Part shown: piece after piece, positions 23,857 through 38,486 of the stretch | Position numbering within the stretch: position 1 is the stretch's first letter | How the letters are laid out: each line of letters begins with the position of its first letter | Assembly (NCBI GenBank): GCA_900088475.1 | Contig: FLMG01000154.1 | Span: forward strand, 124,001 to 188,000 | From: Hyphochytrium catenoides | Lineage: Eukaryota; Protista; Hyphochytriomycota | Direction: 5' to 3' | Length of the DNA stretch: 64,000 bases | Translations under genes and position numbers: made by a program | The notes under the pieces: generated by a model | The model's input: the letters and a program-made list of their open reading frames with translations, nothing else | Databases searched by the model: none | What the model was told of the DNA's origin: nothing

Positions 23857-26129
23857 TCATCGTGGGTCAAAGCTAGTGCTGAGAAGCGAAAAGAGACCGT
23901 CGGGATTATCGACATGAACCCAGTGGCCTGCGTTCTTTAAGTCATAGAGATGTAGTGATCGGCCGCGAGTTGGAAGTGTCTCAAGCTTGAGAGCCTCCTC
24001 TCTCTGCCATGCCTTGTTCCTTTCAGCTCGTACGATGTGAATATGGGAGGACTGAAGGTCTTGTTTGAGGAGCGGGAGATAGTCTTGCGCTGCATAGTCG
24101 TCAAGCAACTGGTCGAGGATGTTGATGTCCAATTTCCAGTGATATTTGCCATCTTTCTCCCTAGTGACCAACAAGGATAGTGAAGAATGTGGGATTAGGG
24201 AGGGTGCTAGAGATCAAGATTGCTCATCAGCATAGAGAACGGTACGATGAAATAAACGCAAGTACTGAGCCCGTAACGTCTCTCTTCCTATTCTCTGCTC
24301 CCTGGACTGCCTGCTCCGCTCGTCGATCTATCTCCTTCTCCTTCGCGTCAATTTACCTTCTGAGGTTCGTTGTCATCCAGTTGGCTACGCCACGAGAAGT
24401 TCCCTTATCTAGAAAGTAGCTAATGATCTCCTCCCTGGAGTTCGCTGGCTGTGGCCTCTCCTTCAGCGCGCTGAGTACCTGCACGATGGACTCGCCGTTG
24501 TCGTCGGCGTAAGTTTCCAAATTGTTTATTGTTCCTTTGCATGAGGTACAGAGACGACGAGGTCGGGACGGCTTAGAGGAGGATGAGCAACAGCAGGGCA
24601 AGGAGCCAAGAATACTTAAAAAACCCTTACGAATCAGGCCTCCGCACCAAAGAGACATTCTAGAGCACACGAGGACGAGAGACAACGGAGCAATCACGGC
24701 GAAATGAGACTTTGTTATGGCGCTGGAAGGTGCCGCAGACCTGGTGCTGAATCCAGAACCCAAACATGCCGGGGAACATCTTTGTCTCTGTCGAGGGTTT
24801 GTTGCAAATACTCTAGCGCTACCTTTCCTCCAAAGGAATGGCCGATAATGATCTTTGGTGCAAGATGGAGATGGTTTACCAAGGCACTAGATGGATATAG
24901 AGCGAAGAGAGCCTGTGTGAGAGAGGATGATGGTAGACTTGGCTTCAGCAGACTCAGGAGGACGATGCTTTATGAAGGCGAATTCGCAGGTCTGACAAGG
25001 AAGCTTCTTGAGAGGATCAAGCAGGGAGAGAGAGAGAGATGAGAGCACGACTATTAAGGGTAGGGAGAAAACGAAAGGCAAAGAGACAGAGAGAGAGGGC
25101 AGCAGAGAGAGAGAGAGGGCGTGAAAGATCGGCAAAATGAGAGAGGGACGAGGGAGACAAGTAGGGGATGGACCCGGTCTCCAGACTAGCAGACCGAGAC
25201 AGAGGACACATCGTGTGCGCATGGTCCGTACAATATATCGCTGGCGCAGGCTGCTATAGTATGCGGCGGATGCATTGATGAAGAGCTTCCATGGCCTGAC
25301 ATATTACAGCGTGTTATAGCAGAAGGAAGGAGGAAAGTTTCGGCAGCGTCTTACCCCGATGGTCGAGCAGCACAATCTTCCAGTCAGGATGCTCATCGAC
25401 CAGCCTTGATGGACGAGGGCAGCGAACGAGAAAAGAGAGAAAAAATGAGAGAGTTATAAGCCTGATCTAACAGGGAGAAACACAGCTAAGGAGTAGTCAA
25501 GATGACAGCAAGGATGCCCCCAACGAAGGAGACAGACATGAGAGGCGCCTAATCTAGGAGGAGAGAGCAGTAACAGCTTGTGTCAAGCGCTTCAACAGGC
25601 GGCAACGAGAGGTAATCAGTGGGACCTTTTGGCGAATCCTCGCCAGTTCTGCTTGCTTCCTGAATAGAACACAGGCTTAGGAGGCAGTAATGCTAAATTC
25701 CTGAAGGGCTACGCTAAGGACAGCCCTCATGGTGCTCCGCTGGATGGCGCTCTCTCGCTCTCTCCCTGGTGTCTCTGTTCACTTTTCATCAGCACTCCTA
25801 GATTTGGCTCCGTATCTCTGTCTTTCTCTTTGTCCCAGGCCCTCTTTCTTTGTCATGAACGCGGGTCCTATCTGTCCGCCCGCCTGACTATCTACACTAG
25901 TGCTCTTACCTGCGATACCGTGAAGGATGACAGCAGAGTTTAGAGGATTACCCCGTGCTTCTTTCGAGACGATGAGTTCATAACCGAGCTCTCCTGCACT
26001 TCCGGCTTTTGTCCGGAGCCATCTGACTGGGGATGCGCGGCTTCGCAGCGTGCTCCTTCCAGGGCCAAAGGCTCTAGCTCTGACGGCAAATCGTGCCAAC
26101 GAGACCTGATAGATTGGCGGCCAACGCAT
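23857..26129 (-). CDS. Alpha/beta hydrolase, ABHD11-like (probably mitochondrial)
   Basis: Motifs ILHGIAG|SKQNW, LLDHRG|HG, nucleophile GHSFG, WMTTNL and catalytic GHWVHVDNP. The Arg-rich N-terminus resembles a presequence. Confidence 0.9.
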
Positions 26130-26304
26130 TGCTATCTAGGGAGGCGAGACATCCCCATATGTCCTTGATCTCTCCGTCTTCTTACAAGTATGAGACTCCG
26201 GGAGCTCCCACACTCCTACTGACTCCAGGTCAGGGATAGAATTGATATGCAAGCATTCTTACTGAGCGGTGAGGACTAAGGGAACACGGACGGACACAGC
26301 CCGT

Positions 26305-26590
26305 GCAATAGAGAGAGACAGAGAGACTAGGGAGAGAGAGAGAATGAAGGGGGAATGTGTGAGTGACACAGAGAGGGAGAGAGAGAGAGGAGAAGAGGGA
26401 GAGAGAGAGAGGAAGAGGGAGAGAGTGGAAGAGGGAGAGGAAGAGGGAGAGAGAGAGGAAGAGGGAGAGAGGAGGGAGAGGAAGAGCGAGAGAGAGAGGA
26501 AGAGGGAGAGGAAGGGGGAGAGAGAGAGGAAGAGGGAGAGGAAGGGGGAGAGAGCGAGGAAGAGGGAGAGAGAGAGAGAGAGGGAGAGAG
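26305..26590. repeat. Polypurine GA/GGA tract with 12/24-nt subrepeats (AGAGGAAGAGGG)
   Basis: Near-pure purine run. A second (GA)n lies at 26805-26900. Confidence 0.9.
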
Positions 26591-26809
26591 ATATTCTGTC
26601 ATGCTGACAGCCTTGGTCAAAGATGATAAGAATCCTAACCCATCAGTACTTGTACCAGAGCGGGTGCTTTAAGTCAAGTGGACTTACCTAGGAGATAAAG
26701 GGGACCATAACTATAAAGACTCTATGCTACCTCTTCTTAGTGTCCCGGTCCCTGTTGTCAGGTTTTTCAAACGGACGCAAAGTGAGTTACTGATGGCATG
26801 CTAGGGAGA

Positions 26810-26867
<58 letters not shown>

Positions 26868-27196
26868 GGAGAGGGAGGGAGGGAGAGAGAGAGAGACAGC
26901 AGAGGACATTGGTCCTCCCTCCTTCCATCATCAGAGGGCACAGAGACTGCCAGATTGGCCCTGAGCGCCTGCTTCCCCAGACCTTTCTTGACAACGTCTA
27001 CGGCCGTTCTCTGTTCTTCCAAGGACTGTCCTGAGTGAGGAGGCCCCAGAACGAGAGAGAAAGAGAGAGAGAGAGCTTGAAAGATATAGACAAAGGGCCA
27101 GAGACGGAGAAGAGTGTGAGAAGGGGAAGAGAAAGGGAAGAAGTAAGCTTGCAAAGCGAAGACCCCCGAGAGAGAGATGGTCAGTCCCTGAGAGAG

Positions 27197-30100
27197 ATGG
27201 AGGATAAGCTTGTGATCGTTGGCATTGACGGCGCCATCGGGCATCATGTCGCCCTGCAGCTCCAAGCCAGAGCGGCAGCGCAGGGCAGCTCCCTGGCGAT
27301 CGTAGGCGCCACTTTCCCAGTAAACAGTGGCGCCTCCACCAGTACTTCCTCTCTGTTCAAAGAGCTACAACGCTCTGAGTCTCTCTCTATCTCTCAGCTC
27401 GGCCTGGAGGACAGTGGCAGACTCAAGCAGGAGCTGGAGGAGGCCAGTAAACTTCTTCTCTTCGTCCGAGACAATGACGGTGAGTTGGGATGGACTCCCT
27501 TATTCTTTTTAAAGGTGTTAACGCCGGAGGAACTGCCGCTATGTCTCTCATAAAAGTTGTCAGAGGCTTACCTTGCTAATGTGGACAAACAGTTTTCCTC
27601 ATTCTTTTTCTTCTTTTTTCTTTTTTTTTTAAATCTCTCTCNNNNNNNNNNNNNNNNNNNNNNNNNNNTCTCTCTCTCCCCCTCTGTGTCTGTCTGTCTC
27701 TCTTTCCCTCTCTTTCTTTCTCTGTCCCTCTCGCTTTGGCTCTCTCTCGGTTTCTCTTATAGAGGCACTATCGGCTCGTGGCTATCAACCTACCCTACTA
27801 GTTCTACATTTCCCCCTCTTCCCCCCTCCTCGCCATCCTCTCTTCGTTGAAAAGAATGTTCTCCCCACTCTTGACTGAGTTTTCCCTGCGCAGAGGCAGC
27901 GATCGCGTTAGAGGTGATATCACTTCTAGAGGGCCAGATCAGTCTAAGGCCGGACTTCTTCGCCGTCTGTGTCTCTTCGCTCTTCACTTGGGCGTCTAAC
28001 GGTCCTTCCCCATCCATCACGCAAGGGAACTCTGTCCAGACAACTTCTTCGCCCTCTGAACTGACTGCAGAAGAAGCTGTCTCTCTTCCATCTCTTTCTG
28101 CGGAAGAAAAGAAGGGAAATGAAGAGAGCTTGAGATACAGGGAGAAAGACTATGAGAACAGGCTCTGTACGGCGCGGTTACGGCCTATTCTGCAGCTAGA
28201 GCGCCGATTAGACAGGCTTGAAGCTCACAAGGTGCTGAAGAAGACTATTATTGGAGTGGGACATGTATACGGCCGAGTAGGGCTCGCCTTCGATGAGGAG
28301 ATAAGGTAAGAAGAGCTCACTTCTCTACTTTCTCTAGCTCATAGTCAAGGCAATTGATTCGTAGTTGCTCTACTATTACGTTCTTCTCCACTTGCCTCTC
28401 CGTTTACTTGCCTTTCCGTTTACCTGCGCCGTCTTAGCTCTTTCACTCTCAACGGATTGAGCAGGCTCTTCCTCTTGGTATTCTAGGGGCACTTTGCCCT
28501 GTCTCAGCTGCTGGTGATGCGATCTTCAACTTAGTTCCCCTCTCTCTCGTCTCCTGTAGAAAAGCTCTAGAGAGCGAGCCAGGAGATGGGCTGGAGGTCC
28601 CGGCTTACCTCTCTGCAGAAGGGGAGAACTTCCTCCCCCTAATCCACTGCGATGATCTCTCCTCTCTTCTGTGGCATACTCTCTGTCAGAGAAGCGAGGA
28701 TGAGGGAGACTTATGCAGAGGGACTCGGTACATTGTAGCCACTGAACGTCCCCAACAGAAGCTCATCGATATTGTGAGAGGTATCAGCATGACCTTCGCG
28801 ACAGGAGAAGTTAGGATGGCAGACCAGAAGGAGGCGGAGATAAAGTTCCTCAGCGATCCGAAGTTCCTCTCATATCAGCCCAACCTTAGCTTTGACATGA
28901 CACAGAGTGCAATGGAAAAGGTTAAGGACCTTGAAGAGAGAGAAGGAAGAGGCCTTGTGGCTTATGAGAAAGGGCTAGGCGGGAGCTCCCAGAGAGTGAG
29001 GGAAGTATACCTCCAGTCTCTAGGACTCCGAGTCTCTAACATTATGTTCGTGGTGGATCCCCAGGCAAAGGTGATTGGCATTTGTGGGACAACCCAGCCG
29101 CAGAAAGAGCCTCCGGCTCCTTGCTTTTGTCATACTTTGTTCGCGCTTCCTGCCTTTATAACTCTCTGTCTGTTGTCTCTCTGTCAGTCTCTCTCTCACA
29201 CTCTCTCTGTCTCTCTTTTCTTTTCTTTCTTTTTCTTCTTGCTTTTCTCTCTTTCTCTCTCTCTCTCCCATCACTTCTGCTCGTTTATTCTGCCCAGTAA
29301 CCCATTACTTGTTCTTCACTCTAATTTTCTCTTACAATTCTCCTCTGTTAGGCAAAGCATTTTGCTTCCCGCCTTAGCCAGAGCCACGGTATTCCCCTTG
29401 TAACTCTCCGCCAGTGTATCGCATATGTTAACGCTCAGCCAGCAGCGAACGAAGCTGCTGCGACCCTCCAGAAAGACACAAAGCCTCTCGCCCTTCCAGA
29501 AAACGGTCCTCTTCCCGCCCTCTCGCCTGAGCTGCAGGCCCGGGTCATCAGCTTTTACCTCTGCTCCTCTCCCCGCTATCGTACTCTGGGATATATACTG
29601 CACGAGGTTCAGGCAGAGCAAGAGCACCTGCGGCAGCTCTTGATGACCTTAGGCCAGCATCAGGACAGACAGGAGCAGGCAGCCTCTGCCTCGGCTCCGT
29701 CTCCCCTGTCTCCTACGCCCCTTCAACCCTCTGACGTCGCTCGTCCTCAGTCTACTTCTCCTCCTGATTCCCAATCTCCCTTGAGAGTCACACACCTCTT
29801 CTACTGCCTCGCAGAGGACTCGAAGATCGCCACAGGGTGGGCGCAGCCAGCATTCAGCGTCATAGAAGTGGTTGTGAGACCAGCTAACCCTGTGGCTACT
29901 GCTGCCCACAGTGCGGTGCTTGGCGCTGTTCTTCAGGACACTAGGCGAAGTGTGTTTTCTTCCTTAGCTCCTTCAGTTGTGCACACGGAGGCTGAGGAAA
30001 GGGAAGATGAAGATCCGATGCTCCCGGAGGATAAGGAGACAGAGGTGCGGATGCCGAGTCGGGAGGACCTGGAGCGATTGATAGCGGTAAGACATTGCCT

Positions 30101-30753
30101 CTGCTTTTGAAGCTTTGTGGTCAGACTTTTTACTTCCTTTCTCTCCCATGTGTCTTCCTTCTCTCACCTTTCCGGATACTCAGGAGGAGAGGCAGCTGCT
30201 TCTGTCTCGCAGTCAAGAAACCCGGAAGTACCTAAACGCCCGGGTGATGCCGTACGTGATGAGAGGATTGTTAGAAATTGTCAAGCTCCAGCCTGACGAC
30301 CCTATGGAACGCTTGGTAGGCGCTCAAAGTCATGGAAGATAGTCTATCTTCTTTTCCTCAACAAGCTGTCGTTCACTTTCGAAGCGGAGAACATAGGGTC
30401 TTCTGCTCCATCTCTGCCTCCTTGTGTCTCTCTTCCTGCACCGTCTTCCCTTGCTCTCGCAACTCCCACCGTGCTCATCCCTCACGTATCTAGTCCCTTT
30501 CCATGGTGACTGCCTGTATCGTCTCAAGTGCCTAAGCGGCCATCGCCTCATTCAGACTGTGGGCCGCATTGCAAGCTGCCACAACAATCTCTCTCTGTCT
30601 CTCTCCATCTTATATACGCTCTTCATTGTGCTCAAGGTTCCATTATTGCAGGCCTCTTTCCTACGAGAAGAGTCTGCAAGACTTGCCCAGGCAGAGGAGG
30701 TTCCGGTTGAGGAAGAGAGTCCAAGAGAGATTGACCGCTGCACTGAGAGCTGA
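27197..30753 (+). CDS. AK7: Adenylate kinase 7-like flagellar protein (Rossmann-like N-domain, degenerate AK domain, Dpy-30 motif)
   Basis: VIVGIDGAIGHHV, VSSLFTWA, GHVYG, GENFLPLIHCDDL and Dpy-30 TRKYLNARVMPYVMRGLLEIVKLQPDDPMERL|ASFL. Exon 1 ends at GTGAGT (27480) and rejoins at 27894. Confidence 0.75.
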
Positions 30754-31001
30754 TAGCATGGTAAAAGACTGGCATTATCCTAAGAATAAGATGATCTCCG
30801 TACAGAACTATGACGAGTCAAACAGTGATGGGTGTAAACCTATGAAGGCATTCTTTGCCGACGCTAGAAGAAAAGAGTTAAATAACGGAGAGGAGGAGTA
30901 AGAGGCTGACGCTATTGACAATTGAGAAGGAAAGGTACGCAATACAGCAGAGGATGGTAGAGGAAGGCGTCAGGTCGCAGCGCCTTTGGCTAGTACTGGC
31001 G

Positions 31002-34560
<3,559 letters not shown>

Positions 34561-34967
34561 TATTTTTTGCAAGAGCTAGACTTGTCCAAGAGGCAGATCG
34601 CTGTAAGGGCTACACTCAAGGCTCAGTAGTCTTGCCGCTTCCAGCTAGGCTGTCTGGTTTATGCCTCGAGCAGATCCAAGGTCCACCAGTATCGTTTGTC
34701 AAGGCTGCTCAATGTCTACCACGTCCCTTTATCAAAGCTCTTCTGTTTTGGTCAAGACCCTAACATGACTACGGCCGCTAACCTTGGCTGATCACTTGTC
34801 AATAATGATACTCTGCCACCTTCAGCTGAAGACTCAAAATGAAAGCAAATCGTTATGGGAGCAGGAGCTTGAGACAATTGTTGACCTTCTGCCTCTTCGT
34901 CATTGCGCACAACGCACAGCACCGCTCTTTTGCCCAAGAAGAAGTAGGAGGACTCTTAGTTTTTCGT

Positions 34968-35005
34968 CGCGCCAACGGGAGTTCAAATGCGCCAATTGCC
35001 GCGAA
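34968..35005. promoter_or_regulatory. Candidate E2F-site cluster plus CHR element upstream of MCM5
   Basis: CGCGCCAA (34968-75), TTCAAA (34982-87), GCGCCAAT (34989-96; reverse complement matches WTTSSCSS) and CCGCGAA (34999-35005). Confidence 0.45.
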
Positions 35006-35411
35006 GACTAGAGCTTGATTAATCAAACCTATATTCACTAAGTGATTATCTTTGGATAGATTCTACCATTGATTCTTTGTGTAAATGTCCGATTGAGTTC
35101 TTGAGGATGTTTTTCCTATTGAGAAAAGTAGGAGCTCATGAAGCTCTGTTTAGCCGATGAGAAACTCGACAATTGAGCCAGACCACCAGACACGGAAAGA
35201 CCTGCATTTAGATTAGAGCTCTTCTTGCGGGTGGCCTCCCCGTGTACTGCCCCTTCAAAGACCGTTCTCCGTCCAACGTACTGACTAATGACCTATGAGG
35301 ACTTGAGAAGATGAAGCGCTAAAGCGACGAGGGAAGGAAGCTCCTAGTGGTGTTGTGAAAGCCGGATGTGCACGGCCTCACCGCCGCAAGGATAAGTTGA
35401 GGTAAACATCT

Positions 35412-36376
35412 ATGGACATCACAATGGAAGAAGAGCTAATAGCGCAGCGAGATGCGGCAATTGCTGTTTCACGGGAACTTCGAAAGAAGATGGACGAGCA
35501 AATAGAGCTCATTGAACGCCGAGCATTGAATGCAGAGCGACTGAGGGTAGAAGCTGAGAATAGGTTGCGCCTTCTAGAAAAGGAGCGAAAGTGGGAGGTA
35601 TGGCTAGACTCCAGCATGTAGAGCTTCCTCTCCCTGAGCATTGTTTGTGCTTCATGCAGGCAGCAACTCATGAAAGAGATCTGCAGTTCGCTATATTCTG
35701 TGGCATACTAGGAGCTCTGTGTGGATGGGGTCTGGGAGTTATTGTCGCCATTCTTCTTGAAAAGCCTCTACTGGGCTTTATGCTGGTTTTACCTGCGATG
35801 GGCATCGGCATGACTTTTGCAGTGGCTTTATCTCGGGTAGGTGGCATGCCCCTCTCCTCTCTCATTTCTCCCGTTAATCCCCATTCTCTGTGTTAAATGT
35901 GCATTCTTTGCTGCCGTGTTCATTCTGCGTTCATCCTCCCAACGCGCTCCAAGAGTCCCACCCGTCCTTGTCCGCACTCAAACGATGCCCTTCGGTCCTT
36001 TTGGCAGACTCAGGCAAGAATTGAGCGCAGGCAGAGAATAGTCAAGCAGAAAGTAAGACTGATTGGTTGTCTATTGTCCAAGTGAATGTCACGAACTCAC
36101 TCGCTTTCTGGGGTTACGCAGTCCTTCAACGCTAATCCTCTAGACGAGTTATTAGGACCCCAGCGCACTGATGGTCAAGCCACAGATAACCAGCCCTCGA
36201 GTAGTGATGGAGAGGAGAAGCTCTCCCTTTCTAGGATTGCTCTCCAAGGCGCTTCCCGGTCCTTTTACTTTTCAAAAAAGCTAGTAGTGGACTATTGGAC
36301 TGCAAGGGGAAAAGGCAGTTCCAGCCCGTCAGGGAGTCCCAATAATAGAAGCCAAGACGGAAAGAAGAGCCAATAG
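35412..36376 (+). CDS. Hypothetical protein with an N-terminal coiled coil and a 2-TM hairpin
   Basis: Four exons join in frame: ..KERKWE|AATHERDLQFAIFCGILGALCGWGLGVIVAIL..FMLVLPAMGIGMTFAVALSR|TQARIERRQRIVKQK|SFNANPLDELL..*. Confidence 0.7.
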
Positions 36377-36638
36377 TACATAGCCCACGAGACCCTCCTC
36401 CAGGCTCTGCAGCTCCTATTTATCGGTACAACTCTGTGCCTATCCCTTTACAATATCCATCTGCACCTATGCTATGATAGTCTCCCTCGTAAAGGGAAAC
36501 TTATAAGACCAAAGACAGATAGCCTCTACTGACTTTATACATCATTGCTGCTTGCCGCTGTTTAACACGAACACTGTCTTGCATGTCCTCTGCATTCAAC
36601 TCTTGAACTCTCACACCGCCGCAACTTCTTCAACAGCT

Positions 36639-38486
36639 TCAACTCTCCGCTGGCGCCTCAGCTGGAGGGTTGGGGTCCGTCAAGACGTCCACACATTCTG
36701 GTAGTTCCTGGTCAAATTCTTTCTGAATGGGTAGTGGATTTGGTGGCGTGTAGTTTGCTTCTGAGAACTTGGTCCCGTAGCCGACATAAACATTCACATA
36801 GCGCTTTCCATAGCCCACAGTACATGCACCTGGCCACACCATTGAGCGTAGAACAGTAACACGGTTGGCAGGATTGCTGTTCACATTCCTAGGCTGCATA
36901 CAGGAAAGCCAGGAGCCTTCCCCATCGTCTACTAAGGGCCGGAAGGGTGGAATAACAGGAGGCTCGGCTTCAGTGGCAGCAGGCACTTCCCCTTCCTCTC
37001 CCTCGTCCGTCTTAGGAACAGGGATGCAGCGGCCCTTGGAGTTAATCTCTCTGTATTTGTGCACCCAATGGGAAAGGTCCAATAGCTCCTCTGCGCTTCT
37101 AGAGGGTACTTCTTCAGGCGGAGTTTCCGTGGTTTCCCCATCCTCATTCACTGCGTACAGTCCGGCTGGACAGATCACACATGAGCCACTGATACGGGCT
37201 ACTTGAGCTCTGAGAAGGTTTTTCTCTGTTCCCGGGAAGGGCGGGTGGCCGTAGACCTAAAAATGGAGATATAAGTGTTATAGAAGGCCTATCAGAGGAA
37301 GAAGCAGGTACGGTGTGATTCGTTCCAACCTTAGCTTCGAGATTTCCTGTGAAGAACCTTTTGAGCTTTCGCGCCGCGTCAATCTGAGCTACAGTCACCG
37401 GTGGGAGCTCTCTCCAGGTAAACACTCCTGGAAATGAGGATTGTTTAAGATAACGTCTCACCTGACGTAATGGATCAAGACTGGATAGGATGATGGACAA
37501 AGTACCATACAACCAGGCAAAGATGTGAAAGAAGAAAGCGTGGATAAACGATCAAATTTATGGCAAAGGTATCTATGTTGTAGCCCTCCGAGGGTCGGTT
37601 GTAAGGTGGATTATCAAAAGTAACGGCGATCAGGTCAAGTGGGAGAGGAACAGGCCACGGTGGGCAATAACTCTGTCATGCGGATTGAGGGAAAGAGAGA
37701 GACAACATACCGTTTTCCAGAGGGCTAATAGTCGGGAGAGCCCAATATCTATACTTGTTAGCGCCCTCCAGTCCTTCCTGAAGCTGTATGTCTACCTCCC
37801 CTTGCGGTTCCTCAGCTAGTGCCTCAGCAATGTAATAGTCACCGTCTCGCCCCAGGATTTTACCCCAGAAGCGTAAACCCTGTGCGTTGGTCTTCTGTGC
37901 AAGCTTGGTGAGGGATAAAGACAGGCGAAAGGTTTCTTCTCGTCCAAAACCGATGCCTGCACGGTTGTGGCAGCTGCAGCTTAAGTAGGCGGCCATCGCA
38001 GTGCATTTGAGAACCAGCTAAACACATACCTGCCCATTCAAACATTGAAGCCTCATCAACAAGGTCTTGGGCGGGAAAGTTGGCTGACACCTCCTCACCC
38101 TCTGCTGGACCCTTTTTTGAGTTTGTGTTAGTGGTTTCTCTTGTAGCGGCAACAAGGATAGGTCCCAAGGTTTACCTCAAAGAGCTTGGACGCGGCCGCA
38201 GCCCAGTTTGTCTCACTAAGTTTCTAGTGACAGAGAGTAAGCATCAGGACAGTGTGTTGACAGAAAGCAAACTTACGGCTGTGACGGTTGCCTGATCCTG
38301 CACAGGTTGCCTTCCATCTTCAGCCGGGTTTATTGTCTTCTGCTTCACCACATTGGAGATATGCTCGAACAAATCTTGCGAGTTGGCAGGCTTTTCAGTC
38401 AATATTTTAAGGAGCACCTCTGAGAGATGGTCGTACAGCTTTGTGTTTTGCAGGTAGGCCTTGGCCTCCTCAAATGTCACCGACAT
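36639..38486 (-). CDS. RSPH4A: Radial spoke head protein 4/6 homolog
   Basis: AKAYLQNTKLYDHLSEVLLKILTEKP, FEWAGIGFGREE, LRFWGKILG..DYYIAE, GANKY, KRFFTGNLEA..HPPFPGTEKNLLRAQVARIS, LRSMVWPGA and NVYVGYG. Confidence 0.93.

Noticed and set aside
26269-26626. RE/ER-rich and SL-rich ORFs here and at 5.6, 6.4, 7.2, 9.7, 15.5 and 22.2 kb
   Set aside because: Translations of GA/CT microsatellites.
26681-26700. ACTTACCT resembling the U1 snRNA 5' end
   Set aside because: No U1 stem-loops or Sm site; better explained as a minus-strand splice donor.
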